DNA of 64,000 nt from Lingula anatina (Eukaryota > Animalia > Brachiopoda). Below are positions 50,901 through 63,619 of the stretch, one piece after another; position 1 is the first letter of the stretch, and each line of letters opens with the position of its first letter. The DNA lies in contig CM120640.1 in the NCBI GenBank assembly GCA_051362555.1, positions 69,418,788-69,482,787 on the forward strand, given 5' to 3'. A program made the translations under genes and the position numbers. The notes beneath the pieces were generated by a model that searched no databases, was not told the DNA's origin, and saw nothing but the letters and a program-made list of their open reading frames with translations.

Positions 50901-53039
50901 CATCTGGATCCTGAGCCACTGCCTGAGAATCTTGATTACTATCAGATTGTGTCTTCTGTGCTTCTACTGATGGCAACTGAACACCTAGGAGACTTTCTAA
51001 GTTATGAAGTTCTGCTGATTTTTCACTTTCCTGAAAGGCAAGACTGGAATCATACATGCACCATACCTATAAACAGATTATCCAGAGAGCCTCAACAACA
51101 TCAAAGACACTGTCCAAGTTACTAGTCAGACATATCACATAAATCACACATTCTAGGTGCATTTTCCACTACCGGCTATATGCATCCCTTCATTTTTCCT
51201 TTGCATAGAATTGCAATTTTTCAGGAATCAAAAGATTAATTTTATCATTTTAAAGGATAGAAAACATCATTGGGATAGTCGCGATTCCTGATGCTGTATA
51301 AGAGAGCTGACCTACCTCCATCCCTGCTTGGTTTTGTAGTCTCTGAAGTGCCTCACATGCCGACATCAACTGAGTCTGGAAGAAGGTCACTGCTTCCTAT
51401 AAAACAAAGACTTAACATTCAAACAGTTACAATCCTTAAGAGCTTCAAATTAAACCCTCTCAACACTGAGGGACACCCATTACTCTGTGACAATAAATTG
51501 TTACTTTATAACAACTTCATGGCAATAAGTACAGCTGAACAATAAAGTCAACCATGCAAAGGAAATTAACATTTATATAGCTTATGAATGTGGTTCTTTC
51601 GATTAACGAACAATCACAAACCTTTTGTGCATCCTTAATAGCCTCTGCTTCTTTAACAAGTACTGAATATTCCTTTTTGATGTCTGCAATTTTCTCAAGC
51701 ATTTTTGCTGGGTTAGGCTTTCAAGATATAATGAAAATAAAGTCTTAAACTTTTACATATATATATCAGATTTGGGTCAAGATCAATTTTCTATTTTCAG
51801 TTATTATTACAAGTGATCCACAATATTAACACATACAAAACAGCACCTATAAACATAGTCCACACTTTCTACAATTATTATCTACTAAGGGTGCTGGAGT
51901 CAGAAAGGCTATTATGACCACCTTATCAAGTTATGTATGTGTATGCTTGTAGAAGTTTGCTATCAAATGCAAGATTGCTGAATGGCAGATGGTTTGACAA
52001 TTTATAACACATGAGTATAATAATACTATTTGTTTTGAAATATTGCATCAATCAGCAGAAAAAAATACCCCTGGTTTTTTAGCAGTGTGTGACGTGTAGA
52101 TACAGGCCTAGTTAAAGGAAAAAGTTCAGACTCTATTGTAACAGTCTGTACTGATCCCCTTACCTCTATTCTAATATGAAAAGGTAAAGAAATGTTTTAG
52201 GCCCCATTCCCATACCTAAATCGATCTAGCAGGATCAGTCCGTCTTTGAGGGGATTCTCGCAAAATTGCACTTAGCTTAAGTGGCTTAGATGTCCTGAAC
52301 GCCTATTGAACTTGCCATACCATACTTAATTACCCCTTAACAGCTTCAGTAGGTGTGCCAGACATCTAAGCCACTTAAACTGAGTGTAATTTAGTGAGAA
52401 TCTCCTCGAAGATGAACCGATCCTGCTAGATCCATCTAGGTATGAGAATGGGATCTAAGATTTGTCATTCTGACAAAATGGTTCAGTTTCACTTCGCTTT
52501 CTATTACAAGGTGTGCTTATCAAATGATAAATGATAAATGAGAATTGGGATGTGAGTTGAGGTGGTTAAAGACATAACCGTGCTACCTGTGTGCTGTGTT
52601 CTGCATCTGCTGCAAATTCTGTGTCCAGCTTCCTTGAGATATAATTCAGATCAGAATCCGCCTTCTGGAACTGTACATTTATTGTTTAAGATACGATATC
52701 CAAACTTTTCATTTTTACCGATGCCTTTTAACGACTCATGAAAATGAGTCAAAACTAAAATAAAAACTAAAAGACGTTATCTTATTAAAGTTAACATTAT
52801 TCTAGTACTAAGTAACTTTGAAGATTTACACATACCTGTGTGACTCGGTGTATGTCGCAGTTTGTGTAGTCAAAAGTAGTAAGTTCAAAAAGCCTCATCA
52901 TTTAATGTCACTTTAAAGATAGTTAATGGTAAACATACCTTTAAAAATACGACAGTACATCTTTGTCAATTACTTACATAAACAAAAAATTGGGAAAATT
53001 ACTAACCATTGCCTCCAACTTATCTACTGCTGCCTCCAT
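44907..53039 (-). CDS. SKA2: Spindle and kinetochore-associated protein 2 with a C-terminal SKA1-like domain (262 aa)
   Basis: Exons 53007-53039, 52587-52670, 51622-51717, 51316-51396, 50859-51030, 50185-50327, 49850-49893, 49660-49735, 44907-44966 (789 nt, in phase). N-terminus MEAAVDKLEAMFQKADSDLNYISRKLDTEF..NPAKMLEKI matches SKA2. Head-to-head with PRR11. Confidence 0.88.
45073..47104 (-). mobile_element. HINE copy 3 (~6 units) in the last SKA2 intron
   Basis: Same Helentron termini and array as copies 1 and 2. Confidence 0.9.
47167..49619 (-). mobile_element. HINE copy 4 (~9 units), head-to-tail with copy 3
   Basis: Same termini and nearly identical to copy 1 outside the array. The 146-bp period is visible at 47515, 47661, 47807, 47953, 48099, 48245, 48391 and 48537. 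Confidence 0.9.
52200..52455. mobile_element. Palindromic MITE (Tourist/PIF-Harbinger-like) in a SKA2 intron
   Basis: ~110-bp imperfect inverted arms (ggccccattcccatacc..gtggcttagatgtc / gacatctaagccac..ggtatgagaatgggatc), flanked by tta/taa. Confidence 0.7.
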
Positions 53040-53200
53040 TTTTGTGTACAACTGCAACCATGGCATTGATTGGTCAGTGAGATGTCTGGAGCATTATAAT
53101 TGGTCGATCGACATTTGGCAGGAAGTTCAATTCAAGCACCTGTGTCAGCGACCAGAATTTTAAGTTATTAGAGTTGGGTGCAATGCTTCTGGTTATTCAC
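53040..53200. promoter_or_regulatory. Bidirectional SKA2/PRR11 promoter with tandem inverted CCAAT boxes
   Basis: ATTGG at 53069 and 53099, an E2F-like tttggcagga ~53114 and CHR-like ttcaa motifs. A PRR11 non-coding exon donor (gtaagt) is at ~53202. Confidence 0.55.
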
Positions 53201-53634
53201 TGTAAGTGATATTGTTCATAAGAAAGGCATGGTATTTTATATGCAAACATGAATAATAATATTATACAGATGTAGTTTTGTAGCTGTGCACATACTAATT
53301 GGTACCTGTATAATATACAGGGTAGGTTCTAGAAACAGAAAGGTGGCAGAAATACATCCAGTACAAGTAAATGTATAGATTATACATTTAATACAAAGAA
53401 GGACTGGTGCAATAAAACACCATGTCTCCTTGAAATAGCAAATATTGAACCGACCAAGTTTATATAATTATTTGATCACGGAGAAAGGGGGATTTACAAT
53501 TTTGTTCTGAATCCAACTGTCAATATTTATTTTAAAAATCTTTCCATATTACTATTGGGAATATTTTATTCCTCTATTTTAGGCATCCATTAAAAGTTTG
53601 AACCAGACAGCAGGCCCAGTGGGAAATCATAGCA

Positions 53635-56600
53635 ATGCCAAGATCTCAGAATGAAACACCAGATGGTTTGCTTATTTACAAGACTTTCTCTGACCTAATT
53701 AGGTAACATTTTTATTGTTCATTGTAACTGAATGAATTGAGACTTCTGTTTGATATTTTCCAGTTTCGCAGGATGATTAAATATGTATTGTGTATATGCA
53801 CACATTTAGTTTAATGCCAGCTAGAAGCAGTTTTACTTAGCTACAATACCCTTCGTTTCTAAAAATCTATATCGCTGTAGGTTGGCTGTATAAGTATAGA
53901 GGTTGCCTTCTAAAGCCCATTTGGAACCCAGGGCAATTGAAGTAATTTCTAAAAGAAGATACCAATCTTATCTTTGAATCACTATGCATGTCACTTTTTC
54001 AGCCATTCTCCCTACAATCTGAATGCCTCAGAAAATGCTGAAGATGCCAGCTTCTATACAGCAGCCTCTTCTGTGGCAAGTCCAGATATCAAAGACCAGG
54101 TAGTACACACAGCAGTCCCTCCATCTGCATGTATTCAAGTCAGTGAGGGAAGCACTGCCAATATGTTAAGTGACCTTGGCACTAAGGAACTGATGAGCCA
54201 CACCGACAGTGATGCTCTGAGTCCATCATCCACCACCAGGAATCATGTGACTGCCCACACTGAAGAAAGAAGTGATAGCTCCTCGTCCTGCTCATCTCCC
54301 ACACGAGATACAGAGGGCGCGGTTCAAAGAAACTGGAGGATGACATTTCCTAGTCTATTCAAGTTTTACATGTGGTGGCAGTATAGTCTGTCTCAGGTAA
54401 GTTATAACTTCATATACTAGTAGGTATATAACTAAGTGCTCTCATGTTGACTTAAGTAAGCATCTTCTTCCAATATTTCTTGGCAGATTTTGACATTAAA
54501 GATATAAGATGTAGAGAGAGCTATATATTCTGTAGTAGAAGACATTAGACATATGTTAGACACCTGTTTTTTTCCCATTCAGAGTCTCCAAGCTGCTGTG
54601 GACACACTGCTGCCACATAGACAATATAAAAAGCAATTAACTGAGACTCAGCTACGGTTGCAGCAACTGGAGGCAGAAATAAATTCACTTAAGGCAAACC
54701 AGGTAGGCATGCATATAAGCTTTTTGCCGTATAACTTAATTTATTTTCTATTTTGAACAGTCAGGATATTGAATTATGCTAATGTTTATTTAACTCACTT
54801 TTATCCCAGGTTGTATGGATTTAGTAATTAATCATTCAATAATTGAAGGGTTGATTTTTGTGGATTCATTATTGTTGTTTCTTTATTGCAGTTATTTTGT
54901 GTAAGTTGTAATTTCAAGGTTATTGTTACTTTCATTTACATTCATTTTAAACAGAAACATTTGTATACTCATATGAATGCCATGACTTTATTTATGAGAT
55001 TTTAACATTTAATTATTTGTTTTGTTACATGTTTTTTGTAGGGCCCCTGCAATCACGTGTGTAGATGTGAATGTGAAAAAGGGAACCAACAAGATATTCC
55101 ACGACCTCCTCAGGCAACAACAACAACAAGTGTGCTGCCGCCTCCCCCACCCCCTCCTCCCCCCCCACCACCACCACCACCACCGCCACCACCCCTGATG
55201 ACGCAATCCAGAAAATTAGTTATAAAAAAATCAGGACAGGCAGATGTAAGAGGCTTTGTATTGCTTCTTCTGGCTTGCTGTGTTTTTTACTTTGATTTAC
55301 ATTGAGCCTGTAGTATGAAAGTAAGCATTAGCTTTGGGAACCTCAAAGGCATGTTTTTGCACATTTTTTATGAAAAACTTTTGCTTGAAGAAGTTATTCT
55401 GTTTATAAGCACAAAATAAAACTGGATAACAACAAATGAAAGTATTCCCCCCCCCCCCCCCCCCCCCCCCCCCATTGTGTGTTAATGAAATACATACAAA
55501 GAAATGTCTGTGATGCTATGATGTGATGTGTAAAATTTCAGAAACTACAAGAGTCTAGAGATACAGAGAGGCCCAAGGTGACGTCTGCTGAACTGAAACA
55601 AGTGAAACTGCGGAAAGTCTCTAATCCAACCCATGGTGCTGACAAGGTAGATTTTATCTTCTCATTGATTAAAATGGGTGTTTAATTTTGATGTTAAAAA
55701 TAACACCAAATGTTTGTCTTGGTTCTTTAAAATTTTATAGCAACGATTGTATAAGTAAAGTAAATTGTATTGAGACTTGAGATTAAGCAGTGGTGTTTGT
55801 TACTTATTTCTATCAGCTGCCTGTTTCCAAAGGAGGAGCGTTAGTGACCTTAAGTGACCTTAAGAATATTTCACTAAGAAAAACAAACTTGAAGGGGAAT
55901 ACTTCGCAGCCAGAAGTTGAAAAAAGGTATAAAAATGTATCTGACTTGAAACTGATTAAAAATAGATTATTGTTTTCTTATATCTAAGTGTTTAATATAT
56001 CTTATCCAAAGAAAAGAAGTATCAATAAGGGAAATATTTGATATTGGTGACCATAGGGGATATTGAATTGTTCATTCATTTTTGATTAAATAAGGCTTCC
56101 CCAGGAGATAATAGGGATTCATGGCCGCTTGAGGAAGGTCAGAATTAATAGGTATGTATTTAATATATATTTAATATATATGTTTAGGATGAAAAATATA
56201 TTATAAATATACCCTTAGCTTTCTATAGCTTCTAAACTTATTTTGATTCAAATGCAAGGCTTTTATTTTTTTTTACTCAGCAACATTGCTTTCTTTCTTA
56301 TATTGGTATGCGGAAATGTATGGGTGGCGGTTTATACAAAAATTCAAAACACGTTTAGTCGTTGTCGTTATCAGATCAGTCGAATTGAAAACACGATTAG
56401 TCGTCGTCGTTATCAGATCAGTCGAATTGAAAACACGAGTAGTCGTTGTCGTTACACCAGTAGTCGTCGTCGTTATCAGATCAGACGGCAAAATACGACT
56501 AGTAGTCGTCAAAACACAACTAGTAGAAGCCAAAACTCGATTTGACGCTAGATGGCGCTCATGTCAATGGTCTTGGCTACCCTTGTGCCGACTTCACAGT

Positions 56601-59201
56601 CAATACCGCGAAAATCTGACACTGACAATTAAGTGCTTAATTTGTGATTGACATATTGAGGAGAGTTGTCAGATGTTGTACTATAGTAGGCTAGTATGTG
56701 ATAGATACAATACGTACGAGTCGCAGAGCTGTACGTGAAATAAATACAGGGGTACGAGTGTATTGTCGATAACGACGACGACTAATCGTGTTTTCAATTC
56801 GACTGATCTGATAACGACGAAGACTACTCGTGTTTTCAATTCAACTGATCTGATAACGACGACGACTACTCGTGTAACGACGACGACTAATCGTGTTTTC
56901 AATTCGACTGATCTGATAACGACGACGACTACTCGTGTACTGACGACGACTAATGGTGTTTTCAATTCAACTGATCTGATAACGACGACGACTAAACGTG
57001 TTTTGAATTTTTGTATTTAAGTCTTGATATAAGATAACATCATGCCTTTATTAATCTATGAATAGCAATTTAGGTTGAGCTTTCATTATTATTTTGGCAA
57101 AAACGTTTAGAAAATCGATGAAACCAAAAACATAATACATAATTACATAAAGCAGTTAGATTATTTTGTTGAATTTTTGGTTGATGGTTTAAAATATTTT
57201 TGCAAGGTAAATAAGATGAGAAATTTTGTGATGATTTGGCACATGACTTTGATTTTCTGCAGTTCTTGGAGCTAAAGTAAAGTAAAATTGAAGATGGTGG
57301 TGGCTCAAGTAATTTGGGATTGAATCAAAAACCTGAAAATAGTTATTCGGCTTAAATTAATAAACCAAAGTTATATATATTTGGTTAAAATTAATGAATT
57401 TCAATTTTTTTCTGAATTATAATTTAGTTTGAAAGCAATAAATACGCTGTGAAGAGTCCAGATTCTAACATTAAAGGTACATACGAACTGAGCATCGATG
57501 GAGCATGGATTCGCAGTAACACATGTAAACCACTTCTACTAGATTCTTATATGACTCAAATAAATTCGACATGCCAAGGGATAAACTCAATAGATCACTC
57601 AATCAGCCATAAAAGACCTTTAGACTGCTCCTTTCTTTAAAATTTTGGTTGTAAATTTAACCTACTTTCGTGACCTACTTTCCTGCCCCATTGACATACA
57701 GCTTAGAATGCCCGCAGAAAAATCCGTTCAAACATCATTTTCGGGTAAAATTAAACAATGCCTTTTGGTAATTCTCTTAGTTATACTACTTGAAACTATA
57801 TGCTGGCATTTGGTTGGTTTTTGTGACAAAAAATTGACTTTGTATGCATCTTTAACCCTGCTCTTGATTGTTAAACATGTGATATGAAATACTTATTGGT
57901 ACATGTACCTACCTGTTCCTTTGCAGCTTTATAAACTGCATTCTTCATACTTTCTGTTCAGAAAAAAATGAAGAAGTGTAATTGTAACCTTAGTTTTCTT
58001 GGTAGCTAGGTCTTGTAGTTTACAATATCTGAAGTAAAATAACCCATAAAAAATTATAGTATTGTAACTGGCAGTAGTTCACATAGATGAGGTGCAGGGA
58101 ATGATTGAATGTTTTACTCTAAATTATGTGTCTAGAAAAAGGTTTATTGTCTTGATCTGAATGTTTGATATTTATCCTTTGTCTTATATTGATGATACGT
58201 AAGTAAAATTGAAATGTACTGTATAATTGTTGAACCTATTCTAGAAGGCACATTTTATATCAGTAATTAGTTATGGTCAAATGTTTTTTATCATATTTTA
58301 ATTTTAAATGTCAAAATATTTAATCTTTTCTGAGCTTTTCAAATCAACTTTATTTATTTCACACTGTATATCTCAAGCTGCCTGCTTAGTCCATAGGGCA
58401 CCTTAAAACTGCACAATATGACCAGTAAGTAAAAGAAGCAGCTTAGACATGCATTTTGAATTGTTCCAACAATATTTTTCCCATTATTCAAGGAGTCCAG
58501 GAGGAACCCCCATAGTGGATCACCAGAAGAGGCTGGAGACGGGCAGTGGTGTCACACCAGTCCTCACCAGAGCACTGAGGAGGAAATTTTTGGTAGGCAC
58601 CAGGTGGAGTTCATTGAAATAAATTATAAAAATCTATTACTGGACTTACAAATAATTCGCCTACTTGACAATTTTGTGTGCCCTCCTGGTCGTTTAAGAA
58701 AACAGATGAACTATTCTCAGTCTTGTCTAATCTGCTCATAAGATAACTGACATAAGTTTGTTATTCATTATGTCATAAATGTTGCTATTGTGTTTTATCT
58801 GACATTTCAGTTTTTCAAATTGTACTCATTTTACATTCATAAGTCTACTGGTACTCTCCTGCCGCTTGGTAGTTTCTTTCTTAAACAAACGCCTTTTTTT
58901 TTTCTTCAAGTATGCAAGATCACCATCTCCTAAAAACAATGAACCAAACTCTCAAGAAAACAGTCCAAATGGTTTCTCTGATGCTGTGACAAAGAACATT
59001 AAAGGGTCAGGGGGCAAGAAGAAAGCTGAGCAGATGGATTTAGTAGAGAAAAGACCTCTCCTCCCCAGAGAGAACCAATCAGATGTTCCTATCCCATCAC
59101 CCCCCAGGAAGAGAAGATCCTTGACTACTGTCGGTCATTCAAGCTCGCTGGTTACCAGTGAGAGTTTTGGAGATCAAGAAAATGATGGCTCTGTTAAGTA
59201 G
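53635..59201 (+). CDS. PRR11: Proline-rich protein 11
   Basis: Exons 53635-53702, 54003-54396, 54583-54702, 55042-55245, 55542-55646, 55817-55926, 56095-56151, 58493-58592, 58911-59201 in phase. Poly-Pro tract, LKQVKLRK / LKNISLRK motifs and [25 protein letters not shown], matching the PRR11 C-terminus. Confidence 0.88.
56335..57015. mobile_element. Foldback-type MITE with internally repetitive TIRs
   Basis: TIR TACAAAAATTCAAAACACGTTTAGTCG / CGACTAAACGTGTTTTGAATTTTTGTA. The arms are built of gtcgtcgttatcagatcagtcgaattgaaaacacga subrepeats. Apparent 4-bp TSD TTTA (56331-56334, 57016-57019). Confidence 0.85.
57475..57851. mobile_element. Non-autonomous Kolobok-like DNA transposon
   Basis: TTAA on both sides, AG..CT termini, imperfect short TIR aggtacatac / gtatgcatct, and a second partial copy at 44273. 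Confidence 0.65.
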
Positions 59202-62200
59202 AGCAAAGGACTGCCCTCTCTCCAGTGTCCTTCTTTGAATGATGTCACAAATTGTCCAAAATATAGGCTGTTTTTATTGCCTAGTTTACTTGCAGTTAAT
59301 TAAGGGCAAATACTGGAGTTATTTCAAGCTTCTGATAACCAGTGACTTTAAATTGTCAATGATTCACATGACAAGAATTATGTTTTCAGGAACTTTGTTC
59401 TTGTTTGTGGTGTTGTCAAATTGAACAAATACATTCATTGTGTTTTTTTCCTAAGTGCAGAGAAGGACTTAAAACCTTTATGTTGACATAAAGGCTATGT
59501 ATTATGATGCTTTTTTCATAAAGGGATATGCAATTTGTGCTCAATTATGCCATTAATTTCCTTGATTCACTCCTTGGTGCTCATATCTGCTATTAATACT
59601 TGCTGTATGCATATTTTGATTTTAAGATTTTATACAAGATGTTATTTTAACTGTGATGTATTATTTTCTGTACATTTGTTTTTAAAATGATGGGTATTTA
59701 CTTACTTTGCCTTGGTATTTGTAGACAAGAGTAATTTTGATAAATTAAAATAAAAGACATAATGAACAGATGTCTTGTTTATAAGGAATATTTTTAACAA
59801 CCAGTGTGCTGAATTGTAATTCATCTTTGTCTGTGTACACCACAGAAAAGTCACTGATGGACTGGAGTTAACAATGACTGCATCACTCACCTTTTGACAT
59901 TTACTAAAGGATCTATTTTGTTAACCACAAGTCCCTTAAACTTATTTCAACATTTGAATTATATGTTAACACATTTTAATCTTTATCGTGGTTGTATCCA
60001 TTAACCCTGCAATATATTTAAGTTTTAATTTACTGATCTAAAGACCTTAGTATGTACCTCATAATGAAAGTAGAGATTCTTGAGCACTGATAAGTTTTAT
60101 TTCAGCTAGTCTCCACATCTTCCACGATAAAAGTGGACTCGTTGCTTTTAATGAATTGTAATAATAAATAACTTTGTTTTATAACCTAGTGCTGATAATG
60201 GTATGTTTTATCTTATATTATTATGTAGTTACATTTATAATGGTGCAATTACTGTAAGAAGGCAATCACACTCCATACAAGTGTGATCTTCTTCAATTTT
60301 GAAATTGGATAATAAAATTCTTTGGATTATCAAGTTTTTGTTGCTTGCACTTTGAATATGCTCTCACTTGGGAGTTACACAGTGAGCAGTTTGAGGGATT
60401 GCAGTCAAAGACTTACAATTTCTTATCAAATAAACTCAATAAAATTTTCTAAAATGTATTTCTGTTTTGGGTAACTATCATAGCAGTTGATGTTGTTTTC
60501 CCTTGAAAAGAAAAAAATACCCAGGTTTTTTCAATTATTTATTTTGTATAATGTATCTACATACAATGGATACCATTATGTACTAATATTTCAGTGCATC
60601 TGGTGATAAAATGAAGGAAATATAATAAGTCTGTTCATAACATCAACAATGACTATAATTAAATCTGATAAAGAATATAACATTTTGTACATCTTACAAT
60701 AAATAGGAACCAAACCACAAAGCACCTGTATACAGTATACACTATGATGCATGGATGAGGACGCCACTTCAGCCTACCCAACAAAAGTGATCCGTATACC
60801 ATGCTACTTTTAATTTCCTCATTCTCCCTATGAGGGATTAAATTAACTATTAACTGATATATTTTTCCTTTACTCCTCTATAAGTCTTGAATACTGTCCC
60901 ATATCTAATTAATAACATATTTGATAACAATTGGGTGAACAACATGTTAGTTCCCACAGACTTTACAATCAGTATCACATATATAAGGTGCTGTAATCAT
61001 GAAAATAGAACTTCAGCTTCTAACCCTTTTCTCAGCAGCATTTACAAGGCTTGAAGGTTCTTCAAAATTCTTAAGGAAAAACATGAATGAATGGTTAGAG
61101 TTTTAAATATCTTAACAAGTAATGAAGTGCTTTTCTACACTAGATATGTAACAGATTACAACATACTTGCACTTGAGTTGTTTTAAGACAAATCACTTGG
61201 TGTAATGACACTCAAATTTCAGTTGTTGCCATTGAATCAGTTTAAAACTAGGGTTTCCTTTAACTGAGGAAAAACATGAAGGTCATGAATATAACAAGGT
61301 TATGTGTGGCCAATTCTATAGGTTCTAATGGATGAGTTATCTTAAGCATATGAGTGGAAACCATATATGTTTAAACTTATATTAAAGCTAGATGGGTGTA
61401 TAACTGTAATGCAACATATCAAACTTTTTCTCAAATCAACATCCTATCCATGAAAGAAATGGCTTTAAAATTTCTCATCAATTTTTGCAGCATAACAGAA
61501 GTAACTGCTTGGCTATGGAACCATCAAAAACTGCATCAAAATCAGAAAAGCACTCTCACGTTACATAGACTCAATTTCTACCTTGTTACAATTCTACCAT
61601 TTTTGATGCAAATTCACAACCATTTGTTCCTGGCACTTTGTATTGCTTCTAGAATTCAGGTGAAAGTCATCAGTTAAGATTTTCTTCTCTTATTGTGCAG
61701 ACGAGGTATAACAATTTGACTTTCTGGTGGTTAACCTTGATATTACTCACAATGAATGATAGATCATCAAAACTGGACTAGAAATGATTTATATAAATCT
61801 TCAACAATTTATGTTCAATATGAAAATCATAATAATTTAACATCTTTTGTTGTATGTTACCAAAGACACAAACTTGCTGAACATCTCCTACTTTCTGATG
61901 CAGAAAAGTTATAAACATCTCATTGGACTTCAGACCCTTATATCAGACCCTCAAATGAACACAAGGTGGTATAAATGACTTATTCCAGAGGCCCCAACAG
62001 CATATCAAAGTGATGCAATGCAGCATTCTCTTTTGTTCCCTTAAGGACAGTCTTTCATAGTTTATACATATTAATTATTATCAGTATCCAGTTTCTAAGA
62101 GACTGCTTTAAAAGTCATTCTAAGTTAAGCTTTCTTATGATAAAAAAAAAAAGAAACAACCAGCTCATGTTCCAGCAGCCAAATGAAACAACTGTAAAAT

Positions 62201-62913
62201 TCTTATACAGCATTATTCTAAATGAGATGTACCTTAATTAACATGTTCAGGGTCAGATCCACTGATCTAGATATATTTCATTCTTTATGAAGAATATAAT
62301 TCCAGCAATGTTATGGATGTGCTACACCCCCTAGCAGTGGGGAAGTCTCTTGTTTACTTCCAATACAAAGATGGTGATTGTATACATATCAATAAATTTT
62401 GATGGCTTCCTTCGTTTAAAAGGAATAGGGTAAAAATCAATCAGTGACAATCTAAATCCTAATAGGGAGTATTGGCTTGTCACCAATTTCTGTTTGCCAT
62501 AATAACAGAGCCTACTGATACCATTACTAGTGTATAACAGTCCTGTTGCTCCTAAACCTATGTGTAGCTGGCTTTTCAAAATTAGCAGTCTAAAGTAGGC
62601 TTTAAAACTGACATCCTTCAGTGAAAGGGGGTCCTCCAGCTAGAGTTCATATACTTATAGATGCATCTCTTGGCTCAAACTCTTGGTTCAATAATTTTTC
62701 TAAAAATCTCATAGTATTCATACAATATAGCCACTGCTGAAGTGAACCATATTTGAAATAGACCATCATAAGTGATGCTTATTGATAGCACAGATGATAA
62801 ATCTGGATGATGTTTTTTAATGATGTTAATTACAAAAAATCTCCTCCCCCCAAAAATGAGTCCGCTAGCTTTAACGGGTGTAAGCCTCATGTTTCCAAAT
62901 TGCATTTCCAACA

Positions 62914-63619
62914 TCATTCCAAAATATGAAATATGAGTTCTAAGACAACAGGTCCTTCCCTACTCTGGGAAGCTGCATTATGAATGACAGGAATCAGTTC
63001 ATTGTCCAAGTCATTCATGTAAAATGCAGGCAGCTTCTCACCATTGCTTCCAACTTCATAACCCACCTGCAAAGAAAATAATGTGATACAATGTAAAGGA
63101 CAAATGCTAGGTTTTTAACTTATCTAAGTTCTCAATCTTCATGACTCTTCAACACAGCATACATATGGATCAACTGTAGTTGATATACACATAGGACTGC
63201 TTAGCCAAACCAAGTGGCCCAGATTGATAAGAAAATAATCATAATGCGAAGGCATTTGCAATCTATGTTTTAAGAAAGATTAATACTACATTTTCACATC
63301 ACTAAAACAGCAGTATCTTTTGTAATTTGTTCTTACCGTCTCTGAATCAATATTGGCCCTAAATCCAAGCTTGACAAGCTGTGCGTCCTTTAGTTTATCC
63401 AGGTGTGGCGTTAGTGCAATACAACAAGCCTGTGCCAGGGTCTCCGCCAGACGACTCAGGTCCACTGGCTCGCAGCGCGCATCCACAGCCTCTTCGTTAC
63501 GAATGAAAAAGACCTCCGTCCAGCGAATGGTTCTGTGTTCTCCAATGAAGTCTGTGGCATTGTGGATGTGGATGCTTTCTATGCCATCCATGGGCATGTT
63601 ATCAATGGGACTCTTGACC
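62914..63619 (-). CDS. ZFYVE9: Last two coding exons of zinc finger FYVE domain protein 9/16 (SARA/endofin), partial
   Basis: Exons 63337-63619 and 62914-63066. VKSPID..IRWTEVFF..LSRLAETLAQACCIALTPHL..LGFR..IDSETVGYEVGSNGEKLP..YMNDLDNELIPVIH..VLELIFHILE* is the SARA C-terminal (DUF3480) domain. The invertebrate gene is probably co-orthologous to ZFYVE9 and ZFYVE16. Confidence 0.9.

Noticed and set aside
56243-57020. Thr-rich / Val-rich repeat ORFs
   Set aside because: Products of the MITE's subrepeats inside a PRR11 intron.
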